In this document: positions 25,500-39,064 of the stretch, in pieces
Layout of the letters: each line of letters opens with the position of its first letter
Position numbering within the stretch: the first letter of the stretch is position 1
Made by a program: the position numbers and the translations under genes
Assembly: GCF_009914755.1 (NCBI RefSeq)
Contig: NC_060937.1
DNA length: 64,000 nt
Reading direction: 5' to 3' (one strand)
From: the human T2T-CHM13v2.0 reference genome, Homo sapiens
Notes under the pieces: generated by a model
Databases searched by the model: none
Told to the model about the DNA's origin: nothing
Seen by the model: the letters and a program-made list of their open reading frames with translations, nothing else

Positions 25500-25660
25500 C
25501 CTCAGTGGTGTGGGGACCTTGGGCAAATCACAAAATAGCTTCTTTGTTTGAAAATGGGGATTATAATCTTCACTCCTAGAGTCCCGTTAGGCTCAAATGA
25601 GATAATAGAACTGAAAGCTCTCAAAAAACTTAAAAGACTGTATAAAATGGAAGGTATTAG
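25500..25660 (+). mobile_element. MIR
   Basis: gaccttgggcaaatcac...aaaatggggattataat...ggctcaaatgagataat. Confidence 0.65.
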
Positions 25661-25959
25661 TATAAAGGCCCTTTCTAAAGAATGTTGATGGAAACATCTT
25701 TATGCACACACGGACTTCATTATTGAACTGTTTATTCAGTTATTAGTTGTCATTAGCTTCTAATTCCAGACCATTGATCTATCATAAGGGCAAAATAGAT
25801 GTGTTCACAATAATAACAGATTTGAATGATACTGATGTATCTATCTGGGGCTGATATCCTGGAAATGACTGGCTTCAGGTTTCATTGACCCATGCCTGGT
25901 GTTAGAAACACTGCTTGAACATCTCCAGTGATGGAAGGGGTGGTTGAGGTCAGGGAGGG

Positions 25960-26160
25960 AAACTTACCTATATTGAGTAGTTGACTTGCACGTAATCTGT
26001 GAGAGACACTTTAGGTCCCTTAGTGCATTTGATTTTTATCACCATTCTTACAAGTTGGACTTTATTATCCCCATTTTAATGATAAGGAAATTGAGTCTAA
26101 AGAGGTTAAATCAAGACATTTAGTTACTAAGTGGTAGAGTTAGGATAAAGATCTTATTCC
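25960..26160 (-). mobile_element. MIR
   Basis: ttattatccccattttaatgataaggaaattgagtctaaagaggttaaat. Confidence 0.7.
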
Positions 26161-26302
26161 GTCTACATGCCATATTTGGCACTTTCTGAGAAACCACTTC
26201 TGTCTCTTTTGACAGATTCTCCTCCCCATCTTTTGACAGTTCTAATTGTTAAAACAAATCAACCAACAAACACACCCCAAACTATTCCTTATTGTCCAGA
26301 GC

Positions 26303-26463
26303 TGGCTACTCAAAACATAGTTCCTGGGACCAGCATCATAGGCATCACCTGTGGTTTGTAAAGTCAACACTTGGCCCCACTCCAGGCCTACTGAATCAGG
26401 CCTGCATTTCAGTGAGATCCAGAGTGATCCATGAGCATGTTAAAGTTGAGGATTACTCTCTAG
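26303..26463. mobile_element. MER5A-type hAT DNA transposon
   Basis: gctactcaaa...ggaccagcatcataggcatcacctg...cctactgaatcag..ctgcattt...taaagttgagg. Confidence 0.75.
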
Positions 26464-28023
26464 AGCACACAGAGCAGATCACATTTCTCCTTTTCATGAT
26501 GGCTTTCTAAATACCTATCCCAACTGCACCAGAACTTCGTCCCAAAAAGAACCATATGCCTGAGACACCTTTAACGCCTCACCTTTCAAACACTTCTCAG
26601 AATCCTGAAAGCCTCTAGAAAGTTTCCTTGACTAACTAGAGACAGGTGGCCCTTTCTGTGACCCTCCCCCAAATATATATTTCATGACCTTTCCTGCCCA
26701 TCACCTGGTGAAAAATGCCTGGATATTTGTGATTCTGTGAATTGTAGGTCTTACCCTGTTTAATTGCCTACCAATCAGTCAATCAAAAGTCAGGTGGAGG
26801 AATTTAGATTTTAAGAGGCTAGGTTTTTAAGCAGGAGAGTGGCGTATAGAAAATGATGAACTAAGCTGAAATTGGGAGATTTATCTTGTGGTGTTCTGCA
26901 GTGTGGTTAAAGAGGGTAAGAGTATAAAGGCTCTGAAAGTCATTACAAATTATAGAAAATTGAGCTATTTGAAAGCTTTTATTGGCTGTCATTTGACGCA
27001 TTGACTCATAAGTTTCATGTGATGTAAATTTATTCCCTTTATAAATGCACCAAATTTTGTCAAAATTAGTCGGCTCATCTGAGAGTTGTTATAAAATGAA
27101 CACACAAACATGCAATTTATAGAACAATTAAGTTGAACCATAGTCCTCACTTTGTTCAGATAATGGTCACAGCCATATATTTGTAACTGAGTATTTATGC
27201 CATTATTAATATACTAATCACCAATGTCAATCATTCTTTATAAGGGCAGGGTATAAGTCTGTTCAGTTTGCCTTTTTAGATGTAGCTATCATTGATCACA
27301 TGAAGCTCTTTCCCCTTTCTGGATGTTTACCATGGAATAAAAGACACTGTTTCTCCCAGGGAGTTACGAAGCCCCTTTGTCCAGGAAAGTCTGTCCAGCC
27401 ACTGACAACAAAGACAGAAGAGAACAGACTATTCCAGGTGGAAAGTGTATTGGCTGCCTGTCTTGGGACCCACCCTCCTGCTTTCTGACCTGAAATCTTG
27501 TTTCTTCTTGCGTCCTCCATCTTCTGCCTGCTTGTCTCAATCAATAGGGGATTGTTGTATAACACCTCCCTCCAGTTCACTACTCTAATATATTTCTCTT
27601 CCGATGCTGATGATCCCCAATAAAAAACTTCAAAATCTCACACCTCATAGAAACAATAAAAAGAGAATCATGGAAAGAAATTTCAGAACCACTGGGTTTG
27701 GGTTGTTTAAATACCTCCAAATTCATACAAATCCAGCCCTTTTTATTGGCTCTGTTTCCAGAAACAGAAAGCCTGAAACCTGGGTGGCAAAAAAAATTTA
27801 TTTTTCAACCCAAGTAACATCTGGAGAGAGCTGTATGACAACCCAGTTCCAGGACGACTGCTGTAATCTCTGACATGAGTACTTCATGGTACTGAATAAT
27901 TTTGTCATTATGTCATTTTTTTAATCACAATTTTTTTTCCTCCTAAAAATGAGTTAGAATTATCAGTCTGTTTTTCTGGCCACCGTGGGAGAGCTTTCCC
28001 ATACAATACTGGAATCATATTTT

Positions 28024-28098
28024 CCTCTTTACTTCCTCCCTACTACTACGTGATTGGATCAGAACCAATCACGTAGCAGTAGGGAGAAAGTAAAAAGG
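28024..28098. repeat. Inverted repeat, 34-bp arms, 7-nt loop
   Basis: cctctttacttcctccctactactacgtgattgg-atcagaa-ccaatcacgtagcagtagggagaaagtaaaaagg; 31/34 Watson-Crick pairs. Confidence 0.95.
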
Positions 28099-28349
28099 AG
28101 GATTACACCATTGCTTAAGGATCCTTCAAATGGCCATGGGTGAAGATAGGATTCTATCAAAGCCTTAATAGCCATGAGGAGGACCCTACAGGGAGAGACT
28201 TCCAGCCCCACAGATGGTTAGTGGACTAGATCATCAACAGAGAGATAGGTGCAGAAAGGGATTATATAATGGAAGCTCTTGTTCACTTATTGATGAATAA
28301 TCTTGAGTTTCCATTGTAGATCAGGCTCTGGGTAAAGTGAAGTAAGTGC

Positions 28350-28562
28350 TGCTGGGCTGTGAAATCACCCCAGTTCCAAAGTTCTGGAAAACCAGCTTTG
28401 CTCTAACACTTATCAACACTGCAGCCTTGAGTAGGATAATGCATCTTGTTTTTATCCATTTCTTTCATCTGTAAAATTAGGATCAATTGTTGTTTTCAGG
28501 ATTTAGTGAGATTATGTTATTTGCATTGCCTAGTACATAAAAAGCTTTAATAAATGTTAGCC
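28350..28562 (+). mobile_element. MIR
   Basis: tttcatctgtaaaattagg...tgcctagtacataa...aataaatgttagc. Confidence 0.65.
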
Positions 28563-30389
28563 TTTTCTCCTTTGTCTACTTAGGGGCCATGGGGGCTGTT
28601 GAGAGAAGTAAGATGTGTTTGGGATCTGAAAGGGTTTGCATTCCAATTGGGGATGAAAGACATGCACACAACTAACTGTAATATGAGACTAAATGAAATA
28701 ACTGTGTTAATAAAGGAGAGATGTAAAAGGATAGAGAAAAAAAGCCATGATTAATTCTACTGGGGAGTGAGTTGGGAAGGATTTGGGGGACAGCCAACAT
28801 CAGCACTGGTCCTGAAGATTTGAGGCAGTTGCTTCTGATCCTGCTGGAGAAACTCAGGAATGTGCACTCAGAGCCATCTGCTTGAAGAAGGCCAGTAAAG
28901 TGTAGAGGAACTAAGAATATTTAAAAAAACAGATGTGTGTAGAGACTCAGGAAGAAAAGCAAGAAAACTATGTCAGGGGAACTCTCAAGGGTAGGGCAAA
29001 GTCTAATTACCCAAATTGAAATCTGGCCTCTGTGGCAGACCTAAGACTTGTCTTGAACCCATGAAGACCTGCTATAGTGGCAGAGGCATGCCTGAAATAA
29101 TTAGCTTTATACTGCAGCTCTTGTTTGGGAATTCTTGGTTTGTATCGGTCTTTTCCCAGGAAGCCTGAGAGGTATTTTGAGAATGGTTAGCAAATTGCCT
29201 GGACAGTAGCAGGGCAGGAAAATGTAAAATCAATAAATAATCAGGCTGAATTTTAATTGAATATATTCCTAAGGCCATGCTGACATGTAAATTTAAAAAA
29301 CGACTCACTAGAGAAATCAGTGATTTCCCTCTGTGGGTACTTCCATTCCAGGAGATGGCACAAAGATTGGCTTTTGCAATTCCTTCCCACATTTTCTGTT
29401 CTCTTTCCTGAATAGGAAGGCAGTGTTAAACCATCTTCCTACGTTTCTCTTTTCTGCAAAAAGGAGTATTTATTTTGGAAAAAAATACTTAAACTTTACT
29501 TCATGTAGAAGCAAACAACAGAGAGGAAGGCAGAGTCCTTTGATGTTATGCCAATTAGTCCTTTTGGGTAGAGATGTAGTTACTTTTCAGAGGGCATTGG
29601 GGCTCAGGAAGCTCTTCACTGTCACTGTGTTTGTCACATCTGAAGGTCAATAATGTCATAGATATGTGTCCTAGATATGGAACTGTTTTTATTGTTATTT
29701 GTATTTTCTGTAAATATTTTCTTTGTACTTCTGAGTATTATTTGGTGAAGTTATTTCTGAAATTTTGAGTGAGCTGCATGAGTGCACAGGAGCTAAGGAG
29801 AGCTACTTTAGACCAAACTGGGGCTCAGGAAGCAACCCCCATCCCCCGACACCAGGATGGGTGGGGTGGAAGGAATCAAAGTGAGAAGTCCCCAGGACTT
29901 TCCTTGAATCTTTTTCTTTCAGGCATTTCAATTTGTATTTGATTTTGTAGCACCGTGTTTGTCTTCTTGTCACCTTAACCTCTGCACAGACACTGTTGCT
30001 CAGTTGAAGAAAAAGGTTGCATCTGAACAAATTTGTTTCTACATGAGTTTAATTAGGCACCTACCAGGTGCCCAATTCTGTGCTTGATGCTGCCAGGGAT
30101 ATGGAAGATTTATGAGACACAGGCTTTGACTTTAGAGGGTGCCAGCATGCTATAGAAAGCTGGTAAATAAATTTTAGCGTATACGAGCCTCCAGCAGAGA
30201 TTGTCAAACAGGAACTGTGCCTGGAGATTCTGATTCTGTAGCCCTGGGAGGAAGCTCTTGAATCTACAGTTTAAGAGGTAAACCAGGTGGATCTGGTTCA
30301 GGTAATTCATGACTCAGACTTTAAAAGACAGTAGTAAGATAGACCTAACATTTTCATTAGTGAGAAAGACCTGCTGTTTAAAGACCCCC

Positions 30390-30535
30390 TCTGCTGCTTA
30401 CTAGCTGAATGATTTGGAGCAAGATACTCACATTCTGCAACCTTTACTCGTCTATAAAACTATGACATTTGTGCCTTTCTCATAAGGTGACTGTAAGAAT
30501 TAAATGAGATACAAACTAGCACAGTTCCTGGAATA
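30390..30535 (+). mobile_element. MIR
   Basis: ctgctgcttactagctgaatgatttggagcaag...gtaagaattaaatgagata..agcacagttcctgg. Confidence 0.65.
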
Positions 30536-30584
30536 TTCTAGAAACACAAAAACCAATTTTTTAATGATTATTTGTATTCTTTTT

Positions 30585-30690
30585 AAATTTTAATAGTATA
30601 TTTTAATCCAATATATTTAAAATATTGTCATTTTAACCTATAATCGTATCCAAAATTACCTGATATTTTACAATATCTATTTTTTAAAAA
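30585..30690. mobile_element. Internal MER33-like fragment (no terminal repeats), lying inside the L1 TSD pair
   Basis: tttaatagtatattttaatccaatatatttaaaatattgtcattttaac...gatatttta resembles the MER33 internal region. Confidence 0.6.
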
Positions 30691-31827
30691 TTTTTCATTT
30701 TATTTTATTTTTTATTATACTTTAAGTTCTGGAATACATGTGCAGAATGTGCAGGTTCGTTACATAGGTATACACATGCCATGGTGGTTTGCCGCACCCA
30801 TCAACTCATCATCTACATTAGGTATTTCTCCTAATGCTATTCTTCTCCTGGCCCCCCACCCCGCGACAGGCCCTGGTATGTGATATTCCCCTCCCCGTGT
30901 CCGTGTGTTCTCATTGTTCAACTCCTAACCATGAGCAAAAACATGTGGTGTTTGGTTTTCTGTTCCTGTGTTAGTTTGCTGAGAATGATGGTTTCCAGCT
31001 TCATCTATGTCCCTGCAAACGGCATGAACTTATCCTTTTTTATGGCTGCATAGTATTCCATGGTGTATATATGTGCCACATTTTCTTTATCCAGTCTATC
31101 ATTGAGGGGTATTTGGGTTGGTTCCAAGTCTTTGCTATTGTGAATAGTGATGCAATAAACATACGTGTGCATGTGTCTTTATAGTAGAATGACTATCTAG
31201 AATGACTTATAATCTTTTGGGTATATACCCAGTAATGAGATTGCTGAGGCAAATAGTATTTCTGGTTCTAGATCCTTGAGGAACCAGACTGTCTTCCACC
31301 ACACTGTCTTCCACAATGGTTGAACTAATTTACACTCCCACAAACAGTGTAAAAGCATTCCTATTTCTCCACATTCTCTCCAGCATCTGTTGTTTCCTGA
31401 CTTTCTAATGATCACCATTCTAACTGGCATGAGACGGTATCTCACTGTGGTTTTGATTTGCATTTCTCTAATGACCATTGATGAGCTTTTTTCATGTTTT
31501 TTGGCCACATAAATGTCTTCTTTTGAGAAGTGTCTGTTCATATCTTTCACCCACCTTTTGATGGGGTTGTTTTTTTTTTCTTGTAAATTTGTTTAAGTTT
31601 TTGTAGATTCTGGATATTAGCCCTTTGTCAGATGGGTAGATTGCAAGAATTTTCTCCCATTCTATAGGTTGCCTGTTCACTCTGATGATAGTTCCTTTTG
31701 CTGTGCAGAAGCCCTTTAGTTTAATTAGATCCCATCTGCCAATTTTGGCTTTTGTTGCCATTGCTTTTGGTGTTTTAGTCATGAAGTCTTTGCCCATGCC
31801 TATGTCCTGAATGGTACTGCCTAGGTT
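30691..31827 (-). mobile_element. 5'-truncated L1PA (about L1PA7/8): ORF2 C-terminus, 3' UTR and polyA
   Basis: ttattatactttaagttctgg..acatgtgcagaatgtgcagg; ORFs 31197-31550 and 31492-31830 translate to L1 ORF2 ([30 protein letters not shown]) with frameshifts. Confidence 0.96.
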
Positions 31828-31987
31828 CAAAAACCATTTTTTTAACCCTCCTTCTCAATGATCTAGTTGGAAAGATAACACAGGCTACTTCAGCTTTCAA
31901 GTTATTTCTTATTCGCTGAAATGATAGTGAAGTTTATCATCTATGTGACACAACTGGCTGTTTATATTGCTTAAATCGTATTGTTAG

Positions 31988-32295
<308 letters not shown>

Positions 32296-33249
32296 TATTT
32301 GTGTTTTTAACTGAAGGCTCTGGCAATGTGTAACTGGCTCACCAAACCCAGGAATTATGAGATGTCACCTTAGGCCACCAGAAATTATAATTACATGAGA
32401 TGATCTGGATTTGGGTCTTACACCAAGATAGGAGAGAAAAGCTGCCCTCAAATCTTTGGAGAAGTTTCTCTGGAAAGGTCAAGAATGAACCTTGGATGAA
32501 AAGTTAATAAAAGAGAGAACTAAGGCCGTAAACTCCATTGTAAGGCACAGTTAGGGCCAGGGCCAATTGAGGAGAAATAATAGCACAACTTAGAGGACAG
32601 TTTCTTTGATATATTTCAGGCCAGCTCCTGAGCTGGTTCTAGATCTAGATCTTGTCCATATCCTTGCTGATACTGGAGACAACATTTTGTTGGCTACCAA
32701 AAAGATCTATGAACAGTTGCCTCTGGGACCTACAAAAAGCAGTCATCCTCCAAGGGAGAGTTTATAACTCGAGGCCAAAAGAGCTGGGATGATCAAGAGA
32801 TGCAAATGGAGCTGGCTGTGGTGACAAGGAAGTGGAGGGAAGTTGGAGCTTGAAGAACTATCAAGGATTATGCTAAGGACTCTAGATCATCTTGGGACCA
32901 GTAGGAATTCAGGCATAGGTGAGGGGCTGGTAATGTCATCGAACTGGAGATGTGTGATGGGTGATCCTGACCACGACAGCGATAGAAAGGACTATGGGTA
33001 ATTAATTCTCTCTGACCAAGAGTAATGCCTGAAGCTAAGAGATCCAGCCAAGCCAAATGACTTTTGGATTTTCACTTTAGCTCTTGGTTCTAAGTGCATA
33101 CTCCCTACCCACCCTATTCTTTGTGGGGCCTGGGGAATGAGTACTGTGTTTATGGGAATGTGCTCACTGCATAAGGATGAGACTCACAGTTAAGGCAGAG
33201 CAGTCGCCATTTGAATGCTTCTCCATACAACCCTACTCAATACATATTT

Positions 33250-33430
33250 CATAGAGAATCACAGAGTGTTAGAAAGGAAAGTGGCCTTAGGGATCACCTA
33301 GTTCCGTCTCCTTATTTTTCTGGTAAGGAAGCAAACTCAGAAAAAGTATACGACCTTCTCAAGGTCACACAGCTGCTCAGTAACAGAGCTGTGCCTGGAA
33401 CCCAGGCCTCCCCTGCCACTCACATTACTA
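33250..33430 (-). mobile_element. MIR-family fragment
   Basis: ggccttagggatcacctagttc...aaggtcacacagct..agtaacagagct. Confidence 0.65.
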
Positions 33431-34679
33431 GGCTGCACTTTCTTATGATGATTTATACCTGCTTGAATTTCCATTTATCTCCCTGGGAGTCTGGATTGAT
33501 GTGCCTGCTCAGGCTGGGCATACCATTGTTCAGCGTTTAAAATCCAACAGGCTCCTTTTGCTTTTGCTTTTGCTCTTCACATGCTAACCACGGAGTAGGA
33601 GATGGAGCTGCCACTCACTGCACACACCGATGACAATTTCATTAACTCTGTGTCGTTGGGCTTTGGCAATCCACGCGTCTCATAATTGTGCTAAGCTCAT
33701 TCTGGTGAAAAGTACATGAGGATTTTTGAACGGTTTATAATGAGGAAGTCGTTGTTAAAGTTTTAATAAAATTAGCATGTAAGTTTCAATAAATTAGTGT
33801 TATGTATTCATAAATACTTAAAAACACCAGCATCTGAGATGTCAGAGCAGAAACAAATGCAGTGGTCCTGGCCAGTGTCCTCCTACATTTGCAAACTTAA
33901 CTTTTTGGGGTACTCCTTGGGCAGGAGTCTGGTTAGAGCTGTCTTTGAAGCTGCCTGGCTGTAAAAGACAAGCATCCTTCACTTAGCAAACTGCCATCAT
34001 GAAATGTGAGCTGGAAGGCAGTATTTTGGACCACACAACTATGGGAAATGTGGGAGTTGTAGTGGACAACTGCTGAAGAGATTTCTCTTCTGTCTTCTTT
34101 GCTCTTTTCTGATCCAAAATTAGTGTTTCTAGCTGTAACTTGAGCTTGGGGTATAAAGGAACTTTTAACAGCACGAAAATATTTTCATCCTATCAAGTTA
34201 GAGGAATACGTTTTGGTACCACAGCCAGCAGATGAAGGGATGAATTCAGGATTTCTCTGTTTAGATGGAAAGCCAGGGCAATGTAAAACTTTGTGTCAAT
34301 AGTTCTGTGTTGTATGCCATTTAAGTTTCAGCCATTTGAGCGGACAAAGCTATTTTTCTTCAGATTGAGATTTTTTAGACTCATAGAAGGGGGGGGGGTT
34401 CTGATAACATCTCATTGAACAGATCAAACAGCCCTGATATGTATAGTGTAACTCTGTCTTGTCCTTCCGCAGTGTCCACCCCTGTTGTAGTGTTAATTGA
34501 TCTGCCAATAGTCAGTTAGATCTCCCACTTGTGAAAATATGTGAAATGAAGGCTCTCGCATAAGATGAACCCTTTACTTCCTTCTAATTTTTTGGGGGTC
34601 TATTTCCTAGCTTTCAGTTTTAGGGAAAAGAATATAATACCTTGCACTGATATGCTTTTTCTAACTCATTCAAAGTGCA

Positions 34680-35020
34680 TTTGTAGTTGTCAGAATCTAA
34701 GTGGCTTAAACCAACAGGGTTTATTTCATGCTGACACTACAAAGATTGGATGGGGTGTCTGAGCTCGGTCATCCTCACTCTGGGCTACCCTCCGAAGTGT
34801 GGCCAGTCCCTGAAGGAGAGAGAAAGAAGGAGTGGCAAATTAATGTTATAGCTCTTTTAGCTTCCACTCAGAAGGGCTACAAATCCTTTCCACTAAAATT
34901 TTATTAGCCAAAGAATGCCACATGGCACATGTAATATTAAAGGTAACAAAAATACAATCCTATCATGTGTCCAGGGAGAAAATAGACATTTGTTTAGCAG
35001 CAATAATGACTATCAACACT
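34680..35020 (-). mobile_element. Old MLT1 (J/K-type) LTR
   Basis: agtggcttaaaccaacagggtttatttc...ttattagccaaagaatgccacatggc...aatcctatcatgtgtccag..taatgactatca. Confidence 0.6.
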
Positions 35021-36744
35021 TTCGTATACTATCTAATTTTATTTCAGAATGTTTATAGTTGCTCTGTCATGAGCATAGCTGAGAGAGAATTATAGATTGT
35101 ATTTTATGTCTTCTAAGACAATAGTTCCCAAACTTTTAGACTTCATAGATTTTTTTTTTTAATTTGAGGAGTGTGTAGTTCACATAGGGTTGCATATCAT
35201 TTATTTTGTTAACTACTTGTCATCACTGTCATTTTATACAAGAAAATTCAGGGATTGTACAATTTTGAAAACTCAGAAAACATGGGAAGCATATAATCTT
35301 ATACGGAAGGTTAGATCTTTACATACGTTTAGCTTTATGAAAAACTATTGTATTCCCCTTACTTTTTCTCTATCTTCCTGATAACTTTTGTGATCTAGTA
35401 TTTAAGAAATTGGGCTCTGAGAGGTTATAATGCCAAACTGCCAAGAAACATGAGTGACATATGTAGGGTATACACACAAGGTATAAGAGTAGATGCAAGG
35501 TTTTGCTAATTATGCAAATAGAAGGTAGAGTGGCAGGTTGAAGGTTAAAAATGAATTATTGCCTTGAAAGGCTAATTTGGAGAAGGATAGATTGAACAAA
35601 CCAAGCTAGAATTGAGGAGGAAAGGAGGGGTGAGTATTAACTTGGGCAAAAGGTTTAGAGGCTAGGTGAAAAGCCTTGACTCTGGGGTTTTCAAAACAAT
35701 GCATGGAGAAGACAACTTGGGAAGTAGCAGTGAAATAAGAAGTGGGAGAGATCATGGCATACGTCTCAAATTGGGAGTACTGTGCATTGCCAAAGGCTTG
35801 GACAAATCACTTATCCTGTAGATGGATGCCTTTGGTCCCTTGGAGCTTCTATACCTGTACAGATTGACTTTTAGATCTTGGTATCTGCATGGAGAAAAGA
35901 CATTTGGGATCATAGTGGCCTTTCTGGGTCCTGAATATTCCATTTAGAAGATTGCCTATTCTGTGGACCAGTGAAGAAGGTTGTAGAAAGAGCTACACAG
36001 GAAGGATATTTTGCTTTGGGATAAAGCAGAATTTGGCTACTAACCCAGTTCAAAAGTAAAGGAAAGAAAAGAGTTGAGATCAATTTGTGATCTTTGAATC
36101 AGAGATGTTGAGACTTGCATACACCAGGAGAACAAGAAGTCTATTAAGAGAATCTCTTTCATCTACAGAGAAGAAAAAGGAAACTATCAGAGTATATAGT
36201 ACATATTATCCATTTTTTAGCCCCTTTCTTCTCCGCATAAAAATACTAAACATTAAAGGACAACTATGAGAACCTCCCGTTTGCCCTTGAAGGTCTCCAT
36301 ATTCTGCAGAGAACACCATCACAATCATTGGAAGCCATTGGCTCAGAGGTTAGAACGTGCTCATCAAAACCCAGATCGGTAGTGGAGCAGGGTTGTAATT
36401 CTAGAAAATGCGACTTGAGTTAGTTAAAGTATCCTTTTGAGAAAATTACTGAAATCACACCCAGATAGAATAGAATTTATATGAAGGGGTATGATACAGA
36501 AATGCAAATTTATAACTACTGAAATTTATTTCAGAACATGTGGAGAAAACATGTGTAAACTTCTTTACCTTAAAAACAGCAACAACAACAAGTTTTCCTT
36601 TATTTAGCATGGATTTTGTTAGCCCTTCGGTTAAGCTACCAGGTGATGCAGAATCTCTAGTACTGAGAAGTTAGTGAATTCTGTCCAGAGGAACTTGCAT
36701 TTCCAGGTAAAGTGGAAGTTTGCAGGCATTACTGGAATGAGCCA

Positions 36745-36890
36745 GTAGGACGTCTGGGGTCAGGTCTGGCTCTGTTCACTGACAGTTGTTGAGACAGTTA
36801 CCTAATCTCTCTAGGTTTCCACTTCCTCATGTATAAAATCAGAGTTGGATTGGATGACCTCTAAGGTCTGTTCTGATTCTATGATTTTAT
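36745..36890 (+). mobile_element. MIR3/MIR fragment
   Basis: ttcctcatgtataaaatcagagttggattggatgacctctaaggtc..ttctatgatt. Confidence 0.65.
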
Positions 36891-38478
36891 TAGTTTGTAA
36901 TTCTCAAAAAGAAGATAGAAAATGCCTCCTGGCAAAACTGTATGAATTTCCAGAATATTCAAATAAACAACCATGGTTGGACTTTGTGCCAATCCAAAAT
37001 CTTTTCAGAATGGCTTGTGCCTTTTCTGGCTTTTATTTTTCCATTCTATGACTCAGGATTTTTTGGTGTAAATAAAAACTCCTTTTTAAAATTAAGCCTT
37101 CCCCTGCTGTCTGATTCATTCAGTGATGTTACAACCCACAGCTTGAGATGCGACATTTCTTTTCATTTTAGTGAAATTGTGATGTCACAAAACTTGAATT
37201 GATGCATCCAACTGAATTAAGCAGAAGGAGCAAGATAATTACAGATGAGAATGCTCTTATCTACACACATATGTGTCTAGGTAATCAGCAATGAAGGGAA
37301 AGGAAATACAGGCAAGGCACTTGGTAAAAATTTTCCAGGCTGTGGCTCTAGCCTAATGCATTTTTAGACGCAGCATCCCGTTTTAAAGATTGTAGCAAAT
37401 GCTTGAATCTATACCAGGAACGAAGCATTTTACAATTACCTGTGTACAGTGGCCCACCACCAGCTAAGTCATATCACTTGAACTTTGGCCAAATGTATTA
37501 ACCTGAGAAGTACTAAAGTTCCTTATATTTGGAGTTTCCTTTACTATAAAGATATTTATCTTTACTTGCACATCATAAGTCTTACAGACAGCTTTTAAAA
37601 AGCTAATTTTCTCTTATATAGATTTTTTTACAATAAGGATAGATTGACATGGAGAAATGCATACTATTTTAGCATCAATTCAGAAAATGTTAACAGTATT
37701 GCAGCTTCATGTGAAAGAGAGAAAAGTGACATAGGTGTTTTTCTTTTGTTTTTGATATGGACTCTTGATGACATTGCTGAACATCCAATGTTCAATAACG
37801 TCACTTACTGAGTTAAAACATGAGCAATCTGACATGTTGGTGAAGATCTCTTCAATTTTCACCCATACAGAGAGGGCTGCCCCTTCAGTTGATTGTTTGA
37901 TATGGCAATTTTTAGAAAGTTTTTGACCAGAACAATCAATCCAAAGTTAGGATAGAAAAGTTAAATTATATAGAATTTTGCAGCTTATACAATGCTTTAT
38001 AGCCCCACCACGGGGAAAAAAGAGAAGGTATTGTCACTGACATGCTAGATTAGTCTTACCCACATCTCAAATTTAAGAGTTCTACGTGCACATCCACTAT
38101 TGTATCTTAGAATTAAGTTATTCCTCTTAACTTCGGCATTTCTGAAGATAGCACAACTTCCCTTCCTCACTTTTGAGATAAGAAACATTAAATTAATATT
38201 TAATATCTCTTCTTTTCTTCTTTCCTCTTTTCTTTGATCATTTGACAACTCCTAGCAATTTTGCCTCTCTAAATTATATTTGTGTCTGTTCTTGCTACCT
38301 CTATAGGCAGCAACAAAAATTAGGTCATATTGACTACACATATACTGGGGCCATGACCTCTGCAGTCATCTTTCTACCTCCAGAGTTTTCCTGATCAAAT
38401 CCATTTTGCACATTGCTGATGAATTAATTTTATCAAATTATCACTTTATGTCATTCTTCTGCTTAAAAATCTCCAATG

Positions 38479-38807
<329 letters not shown>

Positions 38808-39064
38808 CCAATGTTTTTCAATTTTCTACAGAATAAAATTTCAAACTATTGAGCTTGGCATTATTAGATCTCTAAGCTTTTTAGCTTTGTTCTCTCAATA
38901 TTTATCATATCAACCCTAGGCTCTAGCCAGTATAGAAACCAGAAAGTAGAATTTTCTTGAACATATATAGAAGTTTCTTATTTGGTAGGACTTATTAAAA
39001 AAAAAACCCAACATTTCTTAGATTTGCAAACCCATAAGAAAAACAAAAGGAAACACAGTAAAAA

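Noticed and set aside
31197-31830. 117 and 112 aa minus-strand ORFs
   Set aside because: Decayed L1 ORF2 fragments.
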